Under the pieces are notes generated by a model that was not told where the DNA came from, did no database searches, and worked only from the letters and a program-made list of their open reading frames with translations. Both the position numbers and the translations under genes were made by a program. DNA of 64,000 nt, taken from the human T2T-CHM13v2.0 reference genome, Homo sapiens. Positions 1 through 23,599 of this stretch are shown here, in pieces (the first letter of the stretch is position 1; each line of letters starts with the position of its first letter). The stretch is from the NCBI RefSeq assembly GCF_009914755.1, contig NC_060929.1; one strand, written 5' to 3'.

Positions 1-1381
1 CATGCCATCCTCCACAGTGGAGGGTCTGGTTTGGTCTGGCCTTGGACAAGTGACTGCCATGGGGTGACCGGTCCCATTTGGTCTGTGGGCCACTGCTGCA
101 GTCTCTGGTTCCAGCCATTTGCCTGTGATCATGGAGGCCACACATCTTGGAGCCCATGTGTCCTCACCCCAGGCCTCCACTGGCCCCTCAGCACTCCATG
201 TCTTCCCATGGGGCCTGTAGGAACTTCTGCAGGCCTCAGCCAGGCCATGGGCTGCTGGGAGCCCTGCCTCGGGCTCATCTCTCTGCTGCTTCCTTCTGCC
301 CTACCTACTGTCATTCCTGCACCCTGCTGTGAAAGGCTTCTCCACATGCACCTGCAGACCCTGGGGGCCCTGGGGTTCCCTGAATCCATCTGGATCTATC
401 AGGCATTCCCCCATTGTAGTTTCAACTTGCAAATGAAGCCAACAGTACATGCACCCTGGCCCTCGCTGCTCTCTTTGCCCCTCTTCTTCTTCCCTCATTT
501 TGTGGGCAGGAGAAAGGGGCCTCCTGGACCACATCCCCCTCTTCCCAGGAGACTTGGTGGGATTTCTCTACACCATGGAAAAAAGCTTTATGATTTGGTC
601 CAGTGGTCTTTAAACGTTGTGCTCACTGGTAGCTCACGGAGGCTGCTCATCACCAATTCCCCCTCACCTTGCAGTGCCATGGGAGAGGATTACTCCCTGC
701 CCTCTTGTGCTTGGGTGGGCCACGTAGCAGGAGCAAGAGCAAAACCTGCCTCACAACTCAGAGCCACCACCAACCTGCTATAGAAGGGAAGTGTGACCAA
801 GAAATAGATCTCTGTTTCTACACCCACTAAGACTTCGAGATTATTTGTAATTGCAGCATATCCTGGATGATCCTGACTGATGTAGCTCCTGAAAGAAGTT
901 GTTAAAAAACTATGTGTATTCTCTGGCTGGGCCCGGTGGCTCACACCTGTAATCCCAGCATTTCGGGAGGCTAAGCTGGTTGGATCACTTGAGGTCAGGA
1001 GTTCAAGATCAGCCTGGCCAACATGGTGAAACCCCATCTCTACTAAAAATACAAAAATTAGCTGGTGCCTGTAATCTCAGCTACTTGGTAGGCTGAGGCA
1101 CAAAAATTGCATGAACCTGGGAGGCAGAGGTTGCAGTGAGCCTAGATCGCACCACTGCACTCCAGCCTGGGCAACAGAGTGAGACTCCATCTTAAAAAAA
1201 ATGAATTTAAAAACTTTTTAAAACTATGTGTATTCTCTTGCATATTTTTAAGATGATATATGAAATTTTCACTATACATTTAAATTGTTGCAAGAGATGT
1301 AATTTCCCAACTATTGTAATGATTGACATTTAAAATAAAAACTATTTCATTCATCTTTTAAATGGACCCAATGAAATCTAA

Positions 1382-1768
<387 letters not shown>

Positions 1769-3340
1769 TGACTTCCCACCTCCCCTTTTGTCTAGAAATG
1801 CATTCCTCTTGAGGGAATCCCCTAGGAGCAAAGCAAAGAAGGCTGTGGCTTATGTGTGTAATCCCAGCACTTTGGGAGGCCAAGGCAGGAGGATCACTGG
1901 AGCCCAGGAGTTTAAGCACCAATCTGGGCAACATAACAAGACCTCCTCTCTACAAAAAAAATAAAAAATAAAACTCAGGTGTGGTGGCAAGTGCCTATAG
2001 TCCCAGCTACTCAAGAGGTTGAGGTGAGGGGATACTTTGAGCCCAGGAGTTCGAGGTTACAACAAGCTATGATTACACCACTGCACTCCAGTCCAGGTGA
2101 CCCTATCTCAAAAAATAAATATATAAAAATTTTAATTGTTTTTCATTTAAAGAAAATATTAAACATTTTAAAGATGAAATAAAAGGAAAATATATATATT
2201 CCATTATATGATTTGACGAAAGAGTTTGGCTCCGTTCTTGACTAACACACAGCATCTGAAATAAATCTCACAAAAATATCATCTGTGAGTTCCAGCCAAC
2301 ATGTCTGAAAACGCTGGTATTCCCAGAGAACAGGCCGGCTCCACGCAAGACTCAGCACCACCACCCTCTGCTGCTCCCGATGCTCTGAGGCTTGTCCTGC
2401 TAAGGACGCGTCCTAAGATGAGCGCTGAGAACAGGGACAGAAGCGCTTCCAAAGGGGCTGGTATTTTCTATGTAGCTCTCTTGGCTTTGCTCTTAGGGGA
2501 TTCCCTCCAGAAAGATGCATTTCTAGACAAAAGAGGAGGTGGGAAATGCAAAGCAGTGAACTAAATTTAAATTGCCATCTTAGCCGGGCATGGTGATTTA
2601 CGGCCGTAGTCCCAGCTACTTGGTAGGCCGAGGCAGGAGAATCGCTTGAGCCTAGGAGTTCAAGACCAGCCTGGGCAACATAGCAAGGTCCTGTCTCTAC
2701 AAAAATAAACATAAAAATTAAAAAATTAGCCGGGCCTGGTGGTGCATGCCTGGAGTCCCAGTTGCTAGAGAGGCTAAAGTGGGACGATTGCTTGAGCCCG
2801 GGAGTCTGAGGCTGCAGTGAGCCATGATTGCTATTGTGCTGTATTCAGCCTGGGCAAGAGAGTGAGACCCTGTCTCAAAAAAAAAATTGCATTGAATTCC
2901 CTAACCTCATTCCCATGCCCCTACCTTCAGAACTTCATCAAAGGGGGACAACCCCACACAGTGACATCTGGGGCAGGCATCATGGAGAAGAGAGACTGTC
3001 ACCTCAGATGCTGTTCCAGCCTGGCCAACTTTAGGCAAGAAGACATATGGAAGTTGAGTCCTGGAAACTGATTCCCTAAAGCTCTGCCTGTCACTGGAAT
3101 GTAAACATACCATCCAGTATCACTGCAATATTTTCTGGCACTACCCAAATTTTCAAGATACATCAGCTAAGAATCATAGATAAATCTTTTACAAAAATGT
3201 TTTAGGCCAGGCGCAGTGGCTTTCACCCGTAATCCCAACACTTTGGGAGGCTGAGGCGGTCGGATCACCTGAGGTCAGGAGTTCGAACCCAGCCTGGCCA
3301 ACATGGCGAAACCCCGTCTCTACTCAAAATACAAAAATTA

Positions 3341-4298
<958 letters not shown>

Positions 4299-5923
4299 CT
4301 AGTCAATAAAGTAGCAAAACCTATTTTTCTTCCCTCCTAGAAAGACTTTGTGCACCCAGAAACCTGTGTACCCCCAGTTTGAAGACCTCCGAGCTTGTCT
4401 ACCTGACCCGGGAGCTAAAGACATTGAGGAAATCCTTTTCCATTTCAACCTTGTTGGCTCTCAGCGCTCATCTGAAGTAGAAGCTTTGCATTCCAGCAAT
4501 AGCACAAAGGCAAAAGTTGTATTTGGTCGGAGGCTACATATAAGGGACTGCAGCAGAAAAAAAAGAATCACAATGATAGAACTTAAAGCTCTTGTCCCCA
4601 TTCTGCCTGTAAAGCACAGTGAGAAGCAAGTGATGAGCACCAAGACCAGGGCTGTCAGAATAGCCGTGCTTCAGAAGCATGAGCTGGGCTCATCCAGTTG
4701 GGCTCCAGGCTGTGATGCTGTGGCAGGGGCCAAGTGACTTGGTGCAGAGGGGCTGCTGCCGAGCTAAGGCTCTGAACCAGAGCTTGCCATGGCCCAGAAG
4801 TGAAATGCGAACCCCGTGCCAGCCCTGGGCTGGCCCCAGGACCCACTCCAACTGCTTAAGGATCCCCCTGTGGGCTTCAGGCCCCGTGAGATGGAGGTGG
4901 AGGGTTCACAGGACCTCCCATGAGGTTAAGTGGGTGGGGAGGCTGCCTGTCATGCTGGGTGGCCACTCGAGTTCTCCATTCCCAGGCGGGAAGCTGCCAT
5001 CTGGTGAAGAAATGGCAGAGAAAGGCTCAGAGTAGAGGACGCAGCTGGGCAGGTTCTACCCTCCCTTCTGCCCAGTGCAACAGGAAGCCCTTGGAGAGTG
5101 GGACCTCTATGTGCAAAACCCCTGAAGGTCCCACAGGGGAAAGAACACAAGACTTGGAGTCAAGTAGACCTGGGCACGCACCATGGCCCTGCCCGACTCA
5201 CTGAGAGACCATGGCCTTCTGCATTCCACAACGGGGGGCTTATCACAGCCGTGACCCAGGCCCCTGTGAAAAGCCCGCCCTACTCAGCCTGGTGGCCTCT
5301 GATGCGGTCCCCTCCTCGGCTCCCATGCCCCCTCTCTTGGGTTTATAACCCAGCTCACATTGGGACAGCCTCTTCACGTATCTAATCTCAACCCACCACC
5401 GCCCCGAGAGCTACCTTCTCGTTATTGCCACGTGGTGGAGTCCGGACTCCGTCTGGTTGAGACGTCTGTGAGCAACACCAGGACACAAACCTCGTTCTGT
5501 CCAACTGTGGAAACGGCCGTTTCCACTGGCCCATCACTGAGTCACAGAAAAGGCACAGGCCCTACGAATGCCGACATCGCCTCCCATAAAACCTGACGGG
5601 GGAAGAGGAGGATCCAATTTTTGGTGTTAGAAAAATTGTAAATTGTAATGAACATGCTAGACGATGTTCCAGGGACAGGCACTTGGCAAGCGTTGTCCTG
5701 CAGGGGGTGCTATCCACTCAGCGACCCACAACAGCCTTGGGGCTGAGAGGCGGGGGCTGTTTCCAGCCCAGCTGAATCCCACATGCTGGGGGGTCATTTG
5801 CCAGGTATCTACTTGTTAAAATGCTTGCTTTGCTATGAGCCATCCCAGCGAGCTCAGACAAATAACACTGTTCTTCAAAATCACAAAAATATATGTAGCC
5901 TGCAAAACACACACAATCATTTA

Positions 5924-6076
<153 letters not shown>

Positions 6077-6350
6077 TTAGCCAGGCATGGTGGTGCACAC
6101 CTGGGTTAGTCCCAGCTACTCTGAAGGCTGAGGCACAAGGATCACTTGAGCCCGGGAAGTCAAGGCTGCAGTGAGTCAAGATTGTGCCACTGCACTCCAG
6201 CCTGGGCAACAGAGTGAGCCCTTGTCAAAATAAAGAGGCTGGGCGTGGTGGCTCATGACTGTAATCCCACCACGTTGGGAGGCTGAGGTCAGAGGATCAC
6301 TTGAGCCCAGGAGTTTCAGATTGGGAGGCTGAGGTGGGAGGATCACTTGA

Positions 6351-6575
<225 letters not shown>

Positions 6576-6619
6576 TGAATTGCTGGCCTCAAGCAATCTT
6601 CCTGCTTTGGCCTTGCTGA

Positions 6620-6799
<180 letters not shown>

Positions 6800-8388
6800 T
6801 AGGATTACAGATGTGTGCCACCATGCCTGGCTAATTTTTGTATTTTTAATAGAGATGAGGTTTCACCATGATGGCCAGGCTGGTTTTGAACTCCCGGCCT
6901 CAAGTGATCTGCCTGCCTCAGCCTCCCAAAATGCTGGGACTCCAGGTGTGAGTCACCGCTCCCAGCTTCTTTTCTATTTGTATTCTATTTCAGGTTGTTG
7001 TTTTTTCCTTTTTTGGTTTAACTGCACTTTTTGAGTATGTAAGATAATGTTCATGATTCGAAAGTCAAAACCATATCAAAAAGTGAGCTCCGAGCATCTC
7101 CCTTTCCCATGGCAGACGCGCATTTGAAGGAGCTGCCTCCAGGCCTCCCAACTCCACTGCTCCGGCCTCCAGCCTGGCCCTCTTGGACACAGAGCTTGGA
7201 CACCCAGGTTCCTGTCAGGACTGAAGTGGCCCAGAGCTGGCAGGGCCTCTAGAGGTCATCCACCATGCTTTTCCCTCCAGCAGACAGAAAGTGGATGTCA
7301 GACTTCGGCCACCAGGGCAGGAGCAGAACTCAGGCGTGGCACTTCACAGTTCCAGAACCCTAGGGTCTCTCAGGCTGGAGTGGGGGTGGGGCACTCACCT
7401 TTATCCAGCTGCCTCTGCTAGTCAAGCAAAAGCACTGGGCAGGCTGTTTTCTCTAAATCCTCCTGACCACACTGGGAGGTGCTCCAAGGAAGACACAGAC
7501 ACGTGGAAAGCTTCAAAGACCTAACTGGTCTGACCCAAACTCCTTGCTTTTCTGACACTGTATCACAAAAAAAGTCTTCTCCTGCCATTCCCACCAATCA
7601 ATTTCATCCTAAGTTCTTCGCTTACACCAGCAGCAGCATCTTCCAGGCTTCCAGGCCAGCAGTGGAGGAGTCATTTTTAGCTCTTCCTTCTCCTTCACCC
7701 TGGCATCCCATTTGTGGGCACAGAGCCCGGCCCTAGAGGGCTGGGAGAAACCGCAGAGGGCATCCAGTTCAGCTGCCCACGTAACACTTGGATTTTCTGT
7801 AAACATTTGTGGTGAAGCTGCTGCCCAGGCTCAGCCTAAACACGGCCCCCACCTCTGTGCGAGGGAGCTCGCCACTCCCTGACATGACTGTTGCATCTTG
7901 AAACGGTTATGATGTTCAAAAGTCTGCCTCAGTTTGAGATTAAATCTGCCTCCCTGTTGCCTCCTCTCCTCGCTCCCTGCACGCACGTCCGCTGGTTCTA
8001 GTTTTTTGCGGGGGTGGTATAGAACCGATCTGACCTCTTCTCTGTCTTAGCCCTTTGAATGAGAAAGCCGTGATCAAGCCCCCAGCGGGTAAATATTCCC
8101 CATTGCTCCAGCTGGTCCTCATATGACTAGTTTCAAATCACTAGACAGTCTAGTCCCTTCTCCAATCATGCGTCAGTTCATCTAAACTGGGTGTTGCAAA
8201 CTCAATGCCTAAGGGGGCCAAGCAAGCGGCATCGGTGAGTGAGACGGGTGGAGCGTAGCAATACGGAGTGGTGGGGACTGCAGCCAAGAGGTGTTTCAGC
8301 CAATTGCTGCCATGCAGAAGTGAGGCCCTGCATCCCCAGATCCTCTCGTTTTCGAATAGGAATCAGTATAATTTGGGTTTGGATTTGA

Positions 8389-8635
<247 letters not shown>

Positions 8636-8721
8636 TAGCCAGGATGGTCTCAATTAATTTTTCAAACACAACACACTATATGAATCAACACTGTGAAGCA
8701 AACAAAAACCTATGGGCACCA

Positions 8722-9007
8722 TCCCAGCACTTTGGGAGGCCGAGGTGGGCAGATCACGAGGTCAGGAGATCGAGACCATCCTGGCTAACACGGTGAAACC
8801 CCGTCTCTACTCAAAATACAAAAAAATTAGCCAGGCATGATGGTGGGTTCCTGTAGTCCCAGCTACTCGGGAGGCTGAGGCAGGAGAATGGATGAACCCG
8901 GGAGGCGGAGCTTGCAGTGAGCCGAAATTGTGTCACTGCACTCCAGCCTGGGCGACAGAGCAAGACTCCATCTCAAAAACAAACAACAAAACAAAACAAA
9001 ACAAAAC
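8722..9007 (+). mobile_element. 5'-truncated AluY with TSD
   Basis: AluY diagnostics (GAGATCGAGACCATCCTGGCTAACACGG, GGAGCTTGCAG); AAACCTATGGGCACCA on both flanks. Confidence 0.85.
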
Positions 9008-9063
9008 AAACCTATGGGCACCAGTGTGCAACCTCTGGTTTACTGGCATCTTAAAATGTGCTA

Positions 9064-9363
<300 letters not shown>

Positions 9364-10843
9364 TCAAAAAGATAAATAAATAAAATTTGCTGGGTGTGGT
9401 CGCGTTGCCTGTGGTCACAGCTACTTGGGAGGCTGGGGTGGGAGGACAGATTGAGCACAGGACTTCCAAACGAACCCGCAGTGCCCTGACCAGCCAGCTG
9501 TCTCCCTCTCCCACCCCTCTTCCTCACCGAAGCCCAGGGCACCCTCATCACCCTGTTGTCAGCCCCTGCCCTAGGGACTTACTGTGGCCAGACCTCAATG
9601 CCAGGCCTGGCCCCTCCTGGAGAGCACGCAGGCCAGGGCCTTGTCTCATGCACCCATTGGCTTCTCCCCTCCTTTCTCACCCACTCCTCCACACTTTCGC
9701 TCAAGCCAAGCCTGCCTCAAGGTGCCTTCTTCCTCCCCTGCCCGCATCTTACGTCCTCTCTGAGGCCTTCCCTGGTGGCTAAGCCCACAGTGGTGTCCCT
9801 CACGTGCTTGGCCAGTACTACGTGTAAAATGGGGAGAATGACAGACCAAACTCAAAGAGTGTCTGAGGAATGAATGAGGGGACTCGGGTCAAGTGCTTGG
9901 AGTAGAAGCTGGCACACAGCAGTGCTTGATGAACATCAGAGCCATGCATTATTATTAATATCACTCTTAATATCCCATTTCATGCTGAATCCACATGCTG
10001 CCTGGTGCTCTCTTTCACATTTGCTAATCACATCTCTCCAATTGAGTGAGGAAGCAGAAAGGACCCTGGAGGCAGAGACTGGTGGACCTGGATCTGAATT
10101 CCATGTTTCCCATGTGTTACCCCAGGGAAGTCACATAACCTTTCTTGGCCTCTGTTTTTGAGTCTGTAAAATGGAGCTAATGAGTCCCCATCCTCAGGGC
10201 TGTGATAAGGATCTGATGAGGCAATGTCTGCGAAAGCTCTAAGTAAACTGGGAAGAAATGCTGTGAGAACGACCGTTGCCGGGGAGGAAATTCCAGGCCA
10301 GCCATGGTGTTGCTGGAGTCAAGGGCCAGGTGGTTCTGCTTTTGATCAGATCTAGAATGTCCACAAATGGCTAGTCTGTGCCAGACTTTTGAAGTATGAA
10401 GTACACTGTAAAGTCACCTCTAAACCTCTCCACTTGTCCCCTCCAGTCTGTCCCCGGCTGCTCTCTGCACCAACTGGCCCTTTTCATTCTCTCCTGGTAT
10501 CCCAGCCTCCTGACCTCCCTTCCCAGACTCTGCCCACTTAAGTCAATCTCTGCACTGTGGCCAGCATGATCTACCTTCCTGCAGCCCATTCACTCATTCG
10601 CTCACTCATACATTACACAATTGTTTATTCAGTTATTACCAGGTGTTCTGGAAATAAAACAGACCAAAATCCCTGCCCTGATGGGTTTTACATTCTAGCA
10701 AAATACAGACTTATTATGTAACCTCTGTGCTTTAAAAACTCAACTGGTTTTCCAATTATGCTGGAGTCAACAAAAGTCTTGGCAGGGCGCGGTGGCTCAC
10801 GCCTGTAATCCCGGCACTTTGGGAGGCTGAGGTGGTCAGATCA

Positions 10844-11242
<399 letters not shown>

Positions 11243-11349
11243 TTAAGTTACAGGTTGCTGAATGTTTTCTCCGTAGAGGAGTTTATTCTCAGTCTGGCCT
11301 GGTAGCCCAGGTCAGGGGCCTCTCCTCCCCTGAGGTGTGCAGACAGACA

Positions 11350-12751
<1,402 letters not shown>

Positions 12752-12811
12752 ACTCCCAAAGGTCATTTCCCTAGTTGCTTCCCCAGCATCTACACAGCGG
12801 ATGCTTAGCTC

Positions 12812-12842
<31 letters not shown>

Positions 12843-12948
12843 GCGGCTGGTAAGGGATGTGTGTGTGTACGCACGTGTGTATGTGTGTGGGCATGTATGC
12901 GTGCGTGCGTGTGTGTGCGCATGTGTGTGCATGTGTGCATGTGTATGT
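12812..12948. repeat. (TG)n microsatellite plus degenerate TG/CG/CA alternating tract
   Basis: Pure TG run at 12812-12838, then a mostly alternating purine-pyrimidine tract at 12858-12948. Confidence 0.9.
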
Positions 12949-13574
12949 AGAAAAGGGCTGATAAGGGATAGCAATGGCTTTGTGGGTGGCCAGAGGAGGG
13001 AAGCAGGGAGCACTTTCCAACAGGGAGACAAGCGAGGGTCTCTGGAGGATGTGCATGTGGTCAGGGCCTGGATGAATGAGTAGGATGTAACCACAGGAAG
13101 AACTGCCTGTTGGGCGACGGGGCCTGCAGGTGCCGAGACAGGGAGGCCAGTGGGATGGGACATACGACGGAGTCATCCAGTGTTCCCTGGGCCAGGAGAG
13201 GAAGGTGAAGAAAGGAAAGGAATAGGGAGGGAAAGCGGCAGAGAGGCAAAGCTGCCTGAGTGGGAAAGGCCTTGAGGGTCAAGCTGGGGAACTGGACCCC
13301 AGCCTGTGAAGTGGGGTCAAGCAAAAGCTCCCACAGGACAAGAACAGGTTATAGGGGTGGCCAAGGAGAAGCAGAGACTACCAACTTTCTAAAAAGGAGA
13401 GGAACTCTTAGCTTTTGGTGATGAGGCCAAGTAGAAAACTGGGCGTGGGGCTGCCACAGCTTCAAGAAGCCAGAAATCCAGTCTTTGTAGTCAAAATTCC
13501 TGAATGAAAATGTCACCATCAAATACAACGGGTGTTTTGGGTCTCCGGTTACACTCCCTCGGGCAGAGTTTTAC

Positions 13575-14390
13575 ATGATGCAGACCAAAATTAAGGCTGT
13601 TGGGGCAGACATGACTTGATAGAGGTTTATTGGAAGCCAAATGTGAGGATCAGCGCAGGAAGACAGACTAACAAAGTCACTCCAAGAAAGCTGGGTGTGT
13701 TCCAGAGTCCGCTACAAGGTGGAGGCATGGGAAGCTTTTCTAAGAAGTTTTAGGGAAGCGGGGGGACTCCTCATACCAGAGTTGTCCTTTTGCATTAGAG
13801 GTGCAATACAGAGGTTACAATCATGGGCTGCAGATGACAACATGCAGGCTAAATTTTTTTTTCTTTGAGACAGAGTCTCATTCTGTTGTCCAGGCTGGAG
13901 TTCAGTGCAATCTCAATCTCACTCACTGCAACCTCTGCCTCCCAGGTTCAAACAATCCTCCCACCTCAGCTTCCTGAGCAGCTGGGACTACAGGTGCACT
14001 CCACCATGCCCACCTAATTTTTGTATTTTTTTGGTAGAGACGGGGTTTCACCATTTGGCCAGGGTGGTCTCGAACTCCTGACCTCAAGCGATCCAACTGC
14101 CTCAGGCTTCAGAAGTGCTGGGTATGCGCCTCCGCGTGCCCAGCCTAAAACGTTCATGCAGGACAATCAGCAAAGCTTCGGGATTCAGAAACAGATCAGT
14201 GTCGTTTTCAGCGTCAGTAGGTTATGTATTAATCAGTATGTTAACAGTTTGAGGAACTCACAGAGGAGCTCACAGGAAGATTCTTTACTCTTTCTGTGAC
14301 AGGATATAAGCCCCGAATCCTAAGACCTTCACCTTCCCTGGTGGTTAATTTGAAAGCCTGCCAAATGTATCCTGAAGGTTATCAATGGCA
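13575..14390 (-). mobile_element. ERV1-type LTR (MER4 group), antisense, interrupted by an Alu at ~13855-14145
   Basis: LTR-like composition with TTTATTG (antisense poly-A signal) near the left end. Subfamily and limits uncertain. Confidence 0.4.
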
Positions 14391-14530
14391 AGATCAAAGA
14401 TGAGCATGGACCTGATGATAATAACGCTGGTGACTGGCATGGAGGTGGCATCAACCTAGGGAGGGCCTCAGCCAGCAAGCAGGAGCAGCCGGCCCACAGG
14501 GAGTGGGCTGCATTGTTCAGGTGGGCCTGA

Positions 14531-14734
<204 letters not shown>

Positions 14735-15306
14735 TGAGTAGCTGGGATTACCGGCACCCACCTCTACAGCCCAGCCAATTTTTCTATTTTTAATAGAGAT
14801 GGGGTTTCACCTCATCTCTGCTAGCCTGTTGGCAAGGCTGGTCTTGAACTCCTGACCTCAAGTGATCCACCCACCCCTGCCTCCCAAAGTGCTGGGATTA
14901 CAGCCGTGACCCATCGTGCCCGGCCAGATAACAAATTTTTAAGTGTAAACAATGGTATAAAAAAAAACCTGATTGTTGCTGGGTGCAGTGACTCACCTAT
15001 AATATTACCCAGCACTTTGGGAAGCAGAGGTGGGAGGATTGCTTGAGGCCAGGGGTTCGAGACCAGCCTGGGTAACATGGGGAACTTTTCTCTACAAAAA
15101 ATATAAAAATTAGCCGGGCAGAGGCTGAGGCGGGAGCATCGCTTGAACTCAGAAAGTTGAGGATGCAGTGAGCCCTGGTGGCGCCACTGCACTCCACTCC
15201 AGCCTGGGTGACAGAGCAAGACCCTGTCTCAAAAAGCAAACAAAGCCTGACGTGGTGGCTCATGCCTGTAATCCCACCACTTTGGGAGGCCGAGGCTGGT
15301 GGATCA

Positions 15307-15594
<288 letters not shown>

Positions 15595-15659
15595 TTACCT
15601 GAGTATTCTGTATTTTTATTTGCTAAATCAGCAGACTCGACAAGGCACACTGAACAAGT

Positions 15660-16475
<816 letters not shown>

Positions 16476-16810
16476 TGATCCACCCGCCTCAGCCTCCCAA
16501 AGTGCTGGGATTACAGGTGTGAGCCACCGCGCCCGGCGCCTCCTCTCTCTATTGTTCACAAAACTGCTCAAAAATTTTTCTTGGATTCCCTAAGAAATGC
16601 ATAGAAATGATCACTTTTCCACCCCACACCACAAAATAAAATTGACCACTGCTAAACCTGCACTGGGTAAAATTTATGATTAACTTTAAAATGACAGAAA
16701 AGCCAAATCTTCTTTAAATAACTTAGATCTGCAAAATCCTATCCAAGAGACTGGGGCTTGGTAGAAACAATGGCTGCAAAAGGAAATGCAAACAGATGAT
16801 GAAGAAATCA

Positions 16811-17137
<327 letters not shown>

Positions 17138-17189
17138 TTAAATTAAATTCAAATTAAAAATTGAATTAAATTGATACCAGTGAAAATAA

Positions 17190-17488
<299 letters not shown>

Positions 17489-17491
17489 TGA

Positions 17492-17728
<237 letters not shown>

Positions 17729-19579
17729 TAGTAGAGATGGGGTTTCTCCATGTTGGTCAGGCTGGTTTTGAACCCCCGACCTCAGGTGATCTGCCCACCT
17801 TGACCCCTCAAAGTGCTGGGATTACAGGCATGAGCCACCGCGCCTGGCCCCGTACTTACATTTTATCAATCAATTAATTTACTTTAATGCCTCTTGTTCC
17901 AAGAATGCTTTATTGACAAAACAATCAGTGTTGGCAAATACTCTGATTAAAATATTCCTTTCTTTCCTTTCCTTTCTTTTCTGTCAGAGACAGGGTCTTG
18001 CTCTGTCGCCCATGCTGGAGCACAGTGGTGTGATCATAGCTGACTGCAGCCTTGATTTCCTGGGCTCAAGCTGTTCTGCCTCAGCCTCCCGGGTAGCTGG
18101 AATGATAGGCACACACAACCATGCCCAGCTATTTTTAAAAATTTTTGTAGAGACAGGGTTTCACTATGTTGCTCAGGCTATAATTAAAATAATTCGATTC
18201 AAGATAAGCACCAATCAAAGCAGGTTGAAAATGCCCCCATCTGTTGAAAACTCCCAATTTTATACATCACTACCTGAATTCCAGACTCAAATAACCAACT
18301 GCCCATGGGACATTCTCACTTGGAAGTCCCAAAACCTCATCAGACATATATGCCCAAAGGCAAACTGCTAACCTTTTTTTTTTTTGAGACAGAGTCTCAC
18401 TCTGTTGTCACCCAGGCTGGAGTGCAGGGGCACAATCTGGGCCCACGGCAACCTCCGCCTCTCAGGTTCAAGAGATTCTTGTGCCTCAGCTGCCTAAGTA
18501 GCTAAGACTACAGGCAAGTGCCTGATTTTTGTATTTTTAGTAGAGACAGGGTTTCACCATGTTGGCCAAGCTGGTCTTTAACTCCTGACCTCAAATGATC
18601 CTCCTGCCTTGGCCTCCCAAAGTGCTGGGATTATAGGTGTGAGCCACTGCGCCCGGCCTGCTGACCCTTCTTTCATCAACTTGTCCTCCTTTTCAGACAC
18701 CCTGTCTTCGACTGGGACCGTCCAGTTACTCATGCCAAAAACTCAGGGCACCCACCACCCTCACCTCTCTCACCCCCCAAACAAACCTAATGCCAAGTCC
18801 TATCAACTCAACAGCCAGGGTATCTCTCAAATCTGCTCTCTTTCCAGCTCTACTTCCAATGCCCTCATCCAAGCTCATGGTATCTTCTTCTTGCTCTCTG
18901 GACAACTAGTCTCCTCGAAACCACCGTTGTACCCTCTGATCCATCACCCACACTCATTGTTTAATAGTTTTAAAAAGTCGGTGGGCGTGGAAGCTCACAT
19001 CTGTAATCCTAGCGCTTTGGGAGGCCGAGGTAGGAGAATTGCTTGAGGCCAGGAGTTTGAGACCAGCCTAAGCAACATAGTGAGACCCCATCTCTAAAAA
19101 TTAAAAAAAAAAAAAAACTAAATTAAAATAAAAATAGTTTAAAAAGTAAACCAGGACCTCCCCTTTCAGTAAAGGCAGACTAGGTACTTCGGACAAAACC
19201 TCCTGATAAAAACAGCTACAAAAGTGTTTTAAAAATTTACACACACACACACACACACAATTTTTTTTTTTTTTTTTTTTTTAAGAGACAGGGTCTTGCT
19301 CTGCCACCTATGCTGGACTGCAGTCTCCTGATCATAGCTCACTGTAACCTCAAACTCCTGGGCTCATAAGATCCTCCTGCCTCAGCTAGGATTACAGGCA
19401 CACATCACCATTCCCAGCTAATTTTTTATAATTTTTCTAGAGATGGGGTCTCGCCATATTGCCCAAGCTGGCCTTGAACTCCTGGCCTCAAGCCATCCTC
19501 CAGGTCAGCCTCCCAAAGTGCTGGGATTACAGGAATGAGCCACCATGTCCAGTTGACACACACAATCTTAAAAGCATCA

Positions 19580-20172
<593 letters not shown>

Positions 20173-20179
20173 TCAAAAA

Positions 20180-22930
<2,751 letters not shown>

Positions 22931-22932
22931 GA

Positions 22933-23067
<135 letters not shown>

Positions 23068-23410
23068 TGAGTAGCTGGGATTACAGATGTGAGCCACCAC
23101 AGCCAGCTAATTTTTGTATTTTTCATAGAGACGGGGTTTCACCATGTTGGCCAGTCTGGTCTCGAACTCCCAACCTCAAGTGATCTGTCTGCCTCAGCCT
23201 CCCAAAGTGCTGGGATTACAGGTGTGAGCCACTGTGCCCAGCCTCAAATGAAGTAAAATTTCTGAATGTCCTGATGTTAAAATGGTTGGGAAGCCTGGGT
23301 GCAGTGGCTCACGCCTGTAATCCCAGCACTTTGGGAGGCCGAGGCGGGCGGATCACCTGAGGTCAGGAGTTCGAGACCAGCCTCAACATGGAGAAACCCC
23401 GTCTCTACTA

Positions 23411-23569
<159 letters not shown>

Positions 23570-23599
23570 TCAAAAAAAAGGTTGGGAAGCGCTGACTCA

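Noticed and set aside
31-783. 250-aa ORF at the window start
   Set aside because: Non-ATG start, no recognisable domain, Cys/Trp/Pro-rich non-coding-like composition, and the 3' part runs into repeat-like sequence.
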